Of a stretch of 64,000 nt of DNA, positions 12,976 to 24,598 are shown piece by piece. The stretch is from Craspedostauros australis. Its lineage: Eukaryota. Location: contig JALAGF010005483.1 in the NCBI GenBank assembly GCA_030167865.1, forward strand, positions 1 through 64,000. Reading direction: 5' to 3'. Each line of letters begins with the position of its first letter. The first letter of the stretch is position 1. Under the pieces are notes generated by a model. The model was given only the letters and a program-made list of their open reading frames with translations. It was not told where the DNA came from and made no database searches. The position numbers and the translations under genes were made by a program.

Positions 12976-15341
12976 TCTTCTCTGTTCAGATGCCAAGTAC
13001 CAACGATGCACACGATATGAAACCGTCTGCACAATCGATACCTACGTTCGTTTGCACGCTTACAAGCTCGCTTGCTTTTTATTTGTTTTTGTTTGTTTTT
13101 AGGTTGCTTGCTTGCTTGTCTGCGGGCGTACGCTCTTGCTCTGTATGATAGAAACTTGTTATCTGCTCTTTGCAAACTGTTGTCTGCTCCTTGCTCTTAC
13201 ACTTTCCTGTCTGCATCTGCTATGAGACGATCGGCGGAGAGAGGTGCTGGGGAAAGGTTTGCGACACGGGAAACCGCGGAGATGAACCAAAAACCCGCTG
13301 TTGCTCGCTTCTCCTCGTGGTTGGTCCCCGCACAAGCATCAGCACCCACACGGATAGCCGTACGAGCCACGAGTATTGCCGCACCGGAGAGGGGAAGAAA
13401 ACGCGGAACGAAGAGACCCAAAGTGTCACAACCACACACCAGCACCGAGCGCGAGACGTGACACAAGGAAAGCCAAAACAGTCGTCGTACACAAGAACCA
13501 CACAAACAAACCTAAACGGCGACAAAGACCTCCGCCAGCGGCGCGGCCAGAGGAGTGAAGAGCGAAGGCAAGAGACCGAGGAAGGCCAGTGCTAGTGCGT
13601 ACTGCGCGTCGCAGCAAAGCGAATACTCCACGCTCAGATCGGCCGCACAGAGGTACGAGCTGCGAGTGCGGTCATTCATCCTTGGGACATCGAATCCGCG
13701 CCCGCTCCATGGCACGCCCATACCATCCTCGTACAATATGTACCACACCCTCGTGGACCACCCAGCACCAACTCTCGCGTGTGACAAAAACACAACGAAA
13801 ATAGGATCGGCAATCCGGACGCCCAAAGCCGTTCACAAGACTGTTGTTTGACGATTGCGCCGTTTTGGGTGACACACAACGGGACATTAAATCCTCCCTT
13901 TCGTAGATTTGTACGCAGAAGCCTACCGAAGGTGCCCAAGGCGAGATTTGGCGACGAACTGCTTTGAGCACGGCCTGGCGTGTCCCAAACGTGTCACTGC
14001 ATGGTCATAGCAAGAACGAGAAAAGACTGCTGTGTAGAAATCTACGTGAGGAGCAGCAGTAGAAGGGTGATAGTTGTGCCGACGCCGATGTTCCTGTTTC
14101 TGACAGTTTCGCTCTGGCGTTGTTCCGTTGGTTGTCGAAACAGGAGGACGTGTGGAACCTCTGCTTCTTCTACCACTTCGGAGAGCAGACGGAGAATGCA
14201 AAACACCGAAGGGGCGCTGCATGGCGGCAGTGCTGACCCTTGTCGCTCGTATCGCGCATCCTCACACCCGTTCCCTTGCGGAGGAAGTTGGATGAACCAC
14301 GAGCTGAAGCCCAACGCCGGTTTGTTTGCGCCGAGAGGAAGTCTGTTGGGCGTAGATATGAGTCACGAGAGAAGAATAGTCACACAAAGCGAAAGAATGC
14401 CCTTATGCGGTCGTACGTGTCGAACGGCTTTGTATTCCCACTTGTCGAATTGTCGACTCGCACGAACATATGTCTTGATTGACATTTCGGACGGCCAAAA
14501 AAACAGACACAGACACAGGCACAAATGGAGAAGGGGATGCACGATAAACCGAAAAAGACATGACTCAATTTCGGCAGCACGGTGCAACAACGAGTTTGGT
14601 ACAATCTCGAAGCACCGCGCTGTGACACTGCGGGGACGATCTTGCGCACCTGTCGTCTTGGTGTGGCGATGATCGTGGTGGTAGTACGACTAGTTGTGGT
14701 ACTGTGCGGGGTGGATGTGGATGTGGGTGACACGATTTGTGACCACAGTGACTACTGTAAACACACAGAGTAACAGATCCCAAATCGGAACAACGCCCCA
14801 ATTCCAACACTGCTGTCCCAAGCACATACGGCTACGACGACGGCGACGACGACGGCCACGAACACGAGGAGGACGAGAAAAGCAAAAAGCACAAGAGATC
14901 AAGAGGCCAACGACGTCCCCAGAGGCGGATCCACTTGTGATACCGACATCGATATCGCCATCAACATCGACATCAACATCCACACCCATTACGTCGGTTG
15001 AGACTTTTGCTTGCGCTTAGCTCTTGGACGCGAGCTTGAATCCTGGGTGCAACGGGCAGAGCCTGAATGCGTGCCGCGTGCGTTGGCGGGTTGGGCGTGG
15101 ACGCTGGTTCGGATACTGGCCCAGGCATCGGTCACGAAGCTGGCATCGAGAGCACGGCGCGCGTCTGCAGGACCTGAGGCGGGAGGGAGGAGAATCGAGG
15201 GAGTGCGCGAATCGGCGCACTGTCTGCGGCATCGTCCTCGCCATCCGCTCTTGTCGGGTCTGCCTCTGGTTCTGACGCGCAGAACAGGATATTCCAGACG
15301 ACGGCGTCCGCGTCAGCATCAGCATCAGCAACGCAGATACG

Positions 15342-18300
15342 ATGGGCGCCCCTCCATCGGCCGACGGCACCAGCGAAGATGATGACTCCAGGATACGCGT
15401 TTACTTCCGGCTGCGGCCAATGAACAACCTGGAAAAGTCACGGAGGTCCAAAGACTGCGTTGAGCTGCATGACGACCCCAAGATACTCACGGTCGATGCT
15501 CCGCTGCAAGGGGAATACGACTTCTCGTGCGACATGGTACGTTCCACATTGTAGCTGGCGAGTGCTGGGAGCTTCGTGTGGGAATGGTGAATCTTGATGC
15601 ATGAACGCAAATCACCCAGGACTCAGGCGGCCAGTGACGAGGAGGGAAAGCAGGCCACGCTGTCGTTGAGCTGTGATCTCGAACGCATTCAATGGAGTTG
15701 GCTCATGCCATTTTGGGTGAGGAGCGTTCGAATGATCTCTCAATCCTTCACCGTGCACAACCTCAACCGTCGCTGGCTTCAAACTTGTCTCCAACAACAA
15801 AAATGGCGAAATGGGTTACTGGGTGCGTCACTGGACGGCACCATCTATCGACCTTGAAATTGTTCACGTCATCACCACCAATATCATATACTCTAATACC
15901 GTTGCCAATCATATCATACCATGCCATATCATACCATACCATACACGCAAAACCAGGTCTTCGATGAAGGTGCATCACAAGATGAAGTCTACCACGAAGC
16001 TATCTCTGGCATTCCCCGTCGATTAATGCGAGGGATGAATTGCGCAGTCGTTGCGTATGGACAGACTGGGACAGGAAAAACTCACACAATGATCGGAGAA
16101 GGGCTAGGTGCTGAACTCAACGCAAAAACGAGGCACCTTCGAAATCAACCATACAACGAGAATGGCAACGAAAGCAGGAGCAGCGACAACAGCAACAATA
16201 ACGACAACGACGATGGCACGCTCGAGACTACCCACGGGAGCAACGAAAGGACTGCAGGCGCAGGCATCGCCGCACATAAAGAGAGCGACCCGTCAAGGTC
16301 AGAAGGGATAGTTCCACGGGCCGTTGCAGACATGTTCGATTTGATCCGCCAGGAACCCAAGTCAGTCGAGTACGTTGTGCGGTGCTCCTTCGTGGAGATA
16401 TACCTCGAGAAGATTGTCGATCTGCTCAACCCCGCATCAACGGAAGCCATCGGCATTCACAGAGATTCGGAGGGCTTCACCAACGTGTACGGCGCCTCGG
16501 AGGTTTGTTGCGTCAAGCCAATGGACGTCATCTGTTTGCTCGCACGTGGAAATGCGCACCGGACGCAGTCGTCCACAAATCAGAATGCGGATTCCAGCCG
16601 ATCGCACGGGCTGGTTACTTTGCGGGTAGATCGAACCGACACTGCGACTGGGCAACACCGCACCAGCCGATTGCAAATGCTTGATCTGGCAGGCAGCGAG
16701 CTGGCGCGGACCAAATCATCACGGCAGATCGAAAGCGCGGTGATGGCCGAAGGCAAGATGATCAACCAATCGCTGGCCTGTCTTTCCAACATGATCCGAG
16801 CGACCCTGGCAAACCAGGGCAAAGACCGCGCGGCTGTCCATCCTGATAAATACGCAAATGCCTCGAAGCTGGCGAAACTGTTGCAGCCGAGCTTCGGAGG
16901 CAACATGTTCACGACGATCATATGCACTGCCTCGCCGTCAAGCTACAATATCGGCGAAACGATCAACACAGTACGGTTCGCGCAACGAGTTCAGAGGATA
17001 CGCAATTCGCCAAAGATCTGCGAAAACCTCACGGTCCATGCCTGTCGACAAAAGCTAGCCGCATCGCAAAACAACGTGGATGGTCTGAGCACGCTCGTCA
17101 AAGTTCTGGCAAAGGAATGCAACAAGTTCGCCAAGGCGAACTCGGCAGCGGGCGTGCATATCACCAGCAAGACAGTTTCGAATATAGTTGACCAACTGGC
17201 GGAGCTAAGTCAAGATGATGAAACCGACGTAGGTGATGGCATCGACATCATCATCAAGCCAAAGCACGGCACTACACAGCATGGCGGTGGTGATGGTAAC
17301 GATGACGATGATGGCCAGGGCGACGGCAACGATTTTGTACCGGCCGCGAACGAATTCAGCGAACGTGCACGGAGGGAGATCGAAAGCGCCAACCAGGCCA
17401 GAGATCGGGCCGAGAATACCACCAGGGATATAATGTCTGAGCTCACTGCCCTCAGAAGCCAAAATGAGATCCTCCTGAAGGAGAAGGAGAAGCTGGAGAA
17501 TGAAATGAGTGACACCAAAACAGAAATGAGGAGCCTAACCTCCCGGATGGCTGAAACTGAACACAACCTACGAACCAGCCAATTCCGAGAGAACGAGGCA
17601 ACGACGTTCCTTCGGCTCTTCCGCAGCTTCTACCTCCGCCTGCTCAAGCACAAGGCGGCGCAAGGCAACAACGATACCAGCGCCATTTATGCTGAAGAGA
17701 TGAATCGCAAAATCCCAGGCGTTCCGGAACTGGAGGATCTGATCGACATCGATACACTGATGATGGCAAGCGGCCTCATCGAAGAAGATGAGGTCGGACA
17801 AGACGCCAATGCCCCAGACTACGTCCCCTCCAATGATGCGCTGTCACGAAGCGGGGCGGAAGCAGAGCAGGCAAAGCAGAGGGAGACAGAACTCGTCGAA
17901 GCCATGAACAGCTCGGATAAGCACGCCGAAAGCAACGGCGCTTCATCAGGGGAATTGCTGTCCGCAGTCCACCGTGCCGAGCCCGCGCAATTGACCAGCT
18001 ACCGACAGAAGCTGGTGCAATCGCCCGCGGGGCTCCTGGCGATGAAAAAGGAGAAGGAGCTGGAAAGGGAGCTTCTTGATTTGTCATCCAAGTGTATCAA
18101 CCTCCAGAACGCCGTCAACGCTGAAAAGGCCATGGTCGAGGCCATGTCCTCGAGGCAAGGCGCGCTTGGCAAGATCAAGACCGCGCAAGAAATGAACACG
18201 CTGCGGCAAGAGCTTGAACGCAAGTCAAACGACCTCCAAGCAATCGTGCTCAAGATGAACGAGCTGCACCTAGTAAACAAGACATTCGACGAGAAGGTGG

Positions 18301-20876
18301 AAGCCAGGGAAAGGCATGCATCGTACCTCGAGGAACATCTCTCAGACTTGCAATCCAGAAATAGACGATTGGTCATCGAAAGGCAGGAGGCTGAGAAGCG
18401 GTTACGGGAGGAAAATTTGCACCTGAAGAATCTTTTGGATGGGTATTCGGTCCGGGTTTGGCAGATGGATGCAAGCGAAGGTGGAGCTTCGGATATTGAT
18501 CAGAAGCTCCGTCTGTTAGTCCCATTCAATGGTCCCACACTATCTGAGCAGCAACAGGATGAGGGCAAAGCGGAACGACGATACTCCATCGAACAAGCCC
18601 TGGAGGACATCGCGATGCCTGAGATGGCGGAGCTAGTATCCGCGTCAGCTCAGACTGACGAATCGAACCTCAACCGCGAGAAGGTGGAATGGATCGAAAC
18701 CTCGATCCAAACTGACCCTCCGCCCGAAGGTGTAGACAGCGAGGTACAAACTGAGGCTCCTGAACAACAAGACACCTCGATACAAACAGAGACTGTGGCC
18801 ACATCCGATTTTTCTCTACAAACGGAGACCGTGGCCATGTCTGACTTCTCCCTGCAAACTGATGCGGTGGCGCTAGCCGACACCTCGGCGCAGACGAGCG
18901 ATGTGGTGCTGGCAGATTTCTCAATTCAAACAGACGACATTCCATCGCAAAGCATTTCCTGCCAAACAAACACAATCGAATTCCGTGCTGTTGAAGCGCA
19001 AACGGATGAGCCACCGGAGCCGCGCGATGTGCACATCCAGACGGACGAAATCCTCAGTCCAGAGACGAACGACTGCTCCGCGCAAACGAACGACCAGCCA
19101 ACAATGAACGAGGTTTGCATCCAGACCGAAATTACGGGGGAGATATCTGAAGGACAGCCTGCACACTCTGCACCACCCGATGATGCCAATGTAGAGGCAG
19201 CGCAGGAGGAAGAACAAGAGGACACGGCGACGAAGCAGCAGCAGGAAGCAAGAAAGCAAACGGAGATGGTGGAAATGGCGATTCAAACGGAGACCGAGCA
19301 GGGCATTGATCAAGCGATGCAGACAGAAGAAAAAGAAGAAGCAACAGCAGCAGTTGCTGAAGCCCCCGTAATCACAGTAGAATTCGGCGCGCAGACGGAT
19401 GAAGAAGTTGTCGATGCGCCCGCAGCCACGGTGGAATTCGGCGCGCAGACAGATAAAAGCGGTGAACTGCAAGCTGTGCCCAACATCGAGACGGCAACAG
19501 TGGCAACCCAAACTGACCTTGAGGAGACGGAAGAGGAAGGTGAGGAGAAGGCGAATGCGCATGCAAATACGAAGGAGGAGAAGCCCCCTTGTTCAGAAAT
19601 TGCGATTCAAACCGACGAGCTGCCGTATGTCATCGATGTGGCTGGGAGCCGATCGGTTGACACCGGTTCTCTGGCTGATTCCGATCATCACCCGCATCCG
19701 ACCACCAGCAAGGCTGCCCAACAATCCAGGTACAGTCACTCGCACGAGGCGAATTTTGAAGGATCGATGACAAGTATTGGCGACAGGTGGAAGCAACCGC
19801 GGCATTCTGCCATGTCGCACAATACGAAGTCGGGAGATGAAAGCGACGATTCGCTGACGATCCCAAGCATAACACAGCTGAAGGGAAAGTTCTCTAAGAT
19901 GGCGAACAACAGCTCCGCCGACACATACGCGAAGGCCAATTCGTCGATGTCCTCGTTCGGCAAGCTCACGCCTGTGTCATCAAAGTATAGCGATGGTCCG
20001 TCTCACAAGGAATTAGTCACGCTATCACGAGCGTCGGTGGCACGTCCGCCGCTATCGCAGGGCATACACCATCCAGCACATGCAACAGCAGCCGCGGTGA
20101 GTGGCGTTGGCGGGGTCAGCGTGCGAAGACGGTCAGCGAAAGATGGCGCGGACACTTCCGGCGTCCCGGAATGGATGTCCAAGCGCAAGGAGATGGGGCT
20201 CCAACCAGATGACGGGGTGAAGAATCCCGCTCGGGCTGCGGCGGGCAAGGCCCACGTGAGGAAGAATAGCATGGAATTCGGCAGCCCGTCTCAACTTGGC
20301 TTGTCGCCAAGACGCAGTCCAAAGCCCGTGATCAAACCGAGCATGGGAGGTGGAAGTCAGGTGGAATGGATGCAAAAGCTGAAGCAGATGGGCAAGAAGG
20401 TCGACGATGATTCCACTTCCACTGCATCATCTGTTCATGAATCAAAGTCACCGGTCCCTCCTCCGAAGTCGCCCGTCTCAAAGCAGCAGCAGGGTTCGCA
20501 GCTGGAATGGATGGAGCGCTTCAAGCAGATCGGAATGAAAGGCGAGGAGACTGTAATCGAGGCGTCGGGCACAATACCAAGTACGCGTCAGCATGATGAC
20601 GACGACGACGACGGGCTTGTAGCAGACGATGGGCAACCGGAATGGAAGAAGCGGTACAAGCAGATCGGTCAGAAAGGAGTGGAGGAAGTTGTTATTGTGG
20701 AGAAGGCACACAGAGGTCGGGCTTCCGGCTTCGACCCGCAGCGCTTTGCCGGCGAAGGCCATGACGAAGAGGAGCTGGAGCGCATCAGAAAGGAGGAGAA
20801 GCGGGCAAGGAAAAAAGAACGCAAGGCGATGAAGAAAGCCAAGAAGGCTCAAGAACGGATGCAGGCCGAATATTAG
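15342..20876 (+). CDS. Kinesin motor protein, kinesin-1/KHC-like, with extended tail (2 exons: 15342-15536, 15957-20876)
   Basis: Exon 1 has RIRVYFRLRP. A phase-0 GTACGT...CAG intron (15537-15956) joins it to VFDEG. Motor motifs: P-loop AYGQTGTGKTHTM, SFVEIYLEKIVDLL, switch I SSRSH, switch II DLAGSE, INQSL, SFGGN. A coiled-coil stalk follows. Confidence 0.93.
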
Positions 20877-22171
20877 TGAGAATGTAGCATAATTGTGGGT
20901 ACACCGTCGAAAACTAGATACTATGTCACATTGCGTAGAGTGTAGCATGCACGAGTGCAACTGGGAGTGGCAAAAGGTGGTTTCGGACACTCCATAATTG
21001 TGCGCGTGGATTCTCACACGTACGAATACGAGTGCCGCGATCATCATTTGCCTTGCATGTGCCGGTACGGGACCGCCACCGTCTGCATGCCAATATGTCT
21101 GCGTGCCTCTCTTTTCACCATAGATCATACCCCTCGTCTGGTTGCCCACATTTCTCCTCACTGTCTGAGCCTCCATCAGCATTGGCCTAATACACAATGT
21201 GATGGGTCCCTATTTCCCCAGCTACGTGTTCGGCGGCCTCATTCCACTTCACCACAATGGAGAGACTCCAGCAAGCCAGGCCAATGCTGTTGGCTCTTCA
21301 AACAGGAGGGACTCTTTCCCTGATGAACAAAGGAGCAGGCCTTGACTGGATGTCGTCTCCTGCTCTCCATGTTATAACATGTCCATCCTCCGGCAGAAAT
21401 GGAATACACAGACATCCAGAACAAGAGGAATGGTGAGCAAACTGGATGCAAGTTGTGCAGGTTCTATTCCGGTTGACTGCAGACGGTTGCGATGACATAT
21501 AACAGCAGCTTCCAAAGGGTCGCCCCGCGCGTCATACAAATACATATTCACTTATAACATGTCATGTCGCAGCGAATGAACAACAACCGTTGGGAATCCG
21601 GTCATGCCTGTGTCTCCTTACTGAATTCAATTTCAACATGCCGCAGCTTACACAAACGCTACAGAGCCGGATGAGTTTCGTTCTTCGAATTGTCATCGTT
21701 CGATAGATGAAGTCGATCTATCCAACGGACAGTCCAGAAACGGGGGATGTCCAGACGAAGAGAAGAAACGCATGATGTCGGACACGTCAGCCGACACAAT
21801 CGTCCACGTTCTGATGTGTGAGAACTACTTGGTGAATTCTGTGACGCCAGCTCCGGTTTTGATGTGATAGGGCAAGAAGGAACACCACGGAGATGAAGGT
21901 GACGATGGTGCGTGAACGGTCGGTTTTGAGAAGCAGACAGCCGTTTGGACAGTGTTGAGCGCAATGGCAGATAGCTGAATGGAGTACGCGAAGTAGGGGT
22001 AGTCGAGTGCTCCGTTTCTGTGCCTGCATACCCTTTACCGATTGCGGATCAGGACTCACGAGAGCGGAAGACTTGGGGCCATCTGCTCTCTCTCTCTCTC
22101 TCTGCGTGTCTCTGTGTGTCTGTGTGTGTGTCTCTGGAAAGTATTCAAGAAGTGGCTGCATCCTTCCCATC

Positions 22172-22993
22172 ATGGCAGTGCCCCAATCGGCGCGGCTTCT
22201 CTTGATTTGCTGCGTCGCTCTTCATGCAGGGCGAGCGGCGTTGTGCGATGCCCTCGCGCCCGGATGGCACGTGATGCCGAGCGCAAGCACGGGTTCACGC
22301 CCAGGTTCTGGCGCGCCGCCGGGTGCGAACCTGAGAGGCAAGACCGAAGGCCAGGGACAACCATGGCAGCAGCGACGGTGGCAGAGCAGAAGGATACGGA
22401 GATGGCCAGCATCCGCAGTTGGAAGCACATCGGTTCTGTTCATGAAAGATGGCTGGTTCGCGCCTGAGGAGCCGGAGGAAGGAGAGTTGGTGACGAGGGA
22501 GATGCTGCTGCGCGACATGCTGGAGGATCCCGTCGTGCGGAAGAAGCGCAAGGGCAAGAACAAGGGCGGCTACAGACCTTTGGACAATCGGGACAACCTC
22601 CCATTCGTCATCAAGCAAACCACGCCCGATCCCTACACGCACCCAGAGAAGAAGAAGGCCAAGGTCACCAAGCCGCCACCGCTCCGTCGCACGGATCTGG
22701 ATCAGCACCTGACGCCGTCCAAGCTGTACGAGAAGGACGGCGACGCGTCGACCTTGTTAGGTGAATTCAAGCTTGACAAGTCGACGACGAGCGGCGATGT
22801 CATCATCATCGGCAGTCACGAATTCGAGGTCCAGAAGGCTCGTTGCCAGTACAAGTATGTTGGCGGGAAGAGGTTTGTCATGGTGCGGAAGATTCTGGAG
22901 GTCAAGGAAGTCGCGAGAGTCGCACAAGAGGACTTCATCTCTCAGCAGTTCCATCAAAGCGACGAACTCGATCACCCTCCCAAGCTAACATAG
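22172..22993 (+). CDS. Hypothetical protein, probably plastid- or secretory-targeted
   Basis: Clean ORF with coding-like composition. Hydrophobic N-terminus MAVPQSARLLLICCVALHAGRAALCDA-LAP, then a Ser/Arg-rich transit-like stretch and a globular-looking C-terminal region. Family not recognised. Confidence 0.7.
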   Translation: MAVPQSARLLLICCVALHAGRAALCDALAPGWHVMPSASTGSRPGSGAPPGANLRGKTEGQGQPWQQRRWQSRRIRRWPASAVGSTSVLFMKDGWFAPEEPEEGELVTREMLLRDMLEDPVVRKKRKGKNKGGYRPLDNRDNLPFVIKQTTPDPYTHPEKKKAKVTKPPPLRRTDLDQHLTPSKLYEKDGDASTLLGEFKLDKSTTSGDVIIIGSHEFEVQKARCQYKYVGGKRFVMVRKILEVKEVARVAQEDFISQQFHQSDELDHPPKLT

Positions 22994-23322
22994 GTACATA
23001 CGAGTGCGCTGGCACATTGGCGTGTCTCCGCTCTTGCTCAATCATCGTACTCGTACGTATGGTGGGTTGTAGATAGAGTGCTGTTGGTACTAATATGTTA
23101 GTACATACCTGCCAGACTATTCGAGTTATAAGACAAAGGGAGAGCGTGTGTGTGTGCGGATTAGAGTGAAGTACTCCAATAGAGTCCGTGCTTATCTTCA
23201 AGCAACACCATGCTCGACTTCTCCATAGTATTACTTGCACCTACCTACTACCAACAGTGCACTCACAGTACACCCGCAGTACACCCACAGCTATACCTAC
23301 GAGTACGCACTCGAGGACCCGC

Positions 23323-24472
23323 TCAGTCCTCTGGCAACTTGGGCCTCCATGCGCAATATGTGGCAAGCCCCACTGCTGGAAGCAACAACGTGGACAGTGC
23401 GATCATCGTCGCCTTCTTGTCGATGTCATCAACGGAAGCATCTGAGGTGTCGCTGACACGAAGCTTGTAGTCCAGGGGGATCATGGCGGCACCTGCTACG
23501 TTCAGAACAACGAAATCGACCGAGCTGACACAGCCAAATTGCGATGTCGAAAGGAGGGACTTGTACCCATCCAGTAGTTCCCGAAAATTGTCGATGTTGT
23601 CAACGATACCCATGGAAAACGGGAGGCTGAAGAGAGCAGCGATAACTCCATAGTTGACGACCTTGTTCTCCAATACGTTGCGGCTGAACCATGCCATTTC
23701 AGACAGCGTTTTCTTCTCAACGGGCTTTGCCCGAAACGTCAGGTATGGGGCTTGGATGAAGAAACAGGATGACGGTAAGGGGCAAGGAGTGGAAGAGATG
23801 GTATTATGAGCATGGAGACTCACATGATGCCGATGTCATTCAATCATACTACGAGTAGGATGCACACACCAGGAAGCATCAGGTTGCGAGGTCCGCTTGC
23901 TGTGGACAGAGCAATCTCATTCACGTACCAACACCGATATAGCCTAAACCGACCGATGATGCTGCGAACGGCGTGATCGGCAATCCACGCTTTGACCCCT
24001 GGGGCACCGCCAAGCAGGCGATGATGATGGGCATGATGCCCAGAGAGTTGAAAATGACCAGAAACAGTTCATTGATGCCCTGCGGCTTGGCGGGGTTGGC
24101 GAAGACTGCCTGTAGCATGTTCTTGTCGAGATCCGGAGATTCTGGCGACAGAAACAAGATGACGATCAACAAGGCAACCCAAAGACCTCCGAAGACTGGA
24201 TTGAAGTCCCAGCTGGGTTCGTCGTCATTTCCGCCCTCGACAGACGAAGCCTTCGATGTTGTCGCCTGAAGACAAGTGTTGGTAGTCTTCATACTTCGCT
24301 CGAGTGGATGCGAGCATGGCGACTTGTTGCAAATCTGCTGCTGCTGCTGCTGCTGCTGCAGGTGCATGGTTCTGGCGGAATGCGAACGTCCCACGATGAC
24401 GAAGCCATCGGATCTGCCTTGCCACAGGCAAGCCAGCAAGGCCGAGAGCATGAATGATGGAGCAATACGCAT
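23323..24472 (-). CDS. Multi-pass membrane protein, DUF2834-like, plastid-targeted, copy 1 (exons 24472-23929, 23750-23323)
   Basis: Signal peptide ending SDG-F, then a transit-like region. IFNSLGIMPIIIACLAVPQG...PF and PYLTFR resemble cyanobacterial/plant DUF2834 proteins (from memory). A phase-1 GT..AG intron at 23928-23751 restores the frame. Confidence 0.75.
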
Positions 24473-24541
24473 GGTGCTTGCCGATCGCGCTTGTATACTC
24501 GTGTAGTATTGTACTCGTACGAATGATGAAGAATGTGCAAG

Positions 24542-24598
24542 TGTTGGCGTTGGCGTTGGCGTTGGCGTTGGCGTTGTGCGAGTACGAGTACGAGTACG
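24542..24598. repeat. Compound microsatellite (GTTGGC)n + (GAGTAC)3 at the duplication boundary
   Basis: Directly visible. It starts a few bases beyond where similarity to copy 2 ends. Confidence 0.85.

Noticed and set aside
12795..15340. Many short overlapping ORFs in the divergent intergenic region
   Set aside because: Low-complexity or microsatellite-derived, with no consistent strand or recognisable motif.
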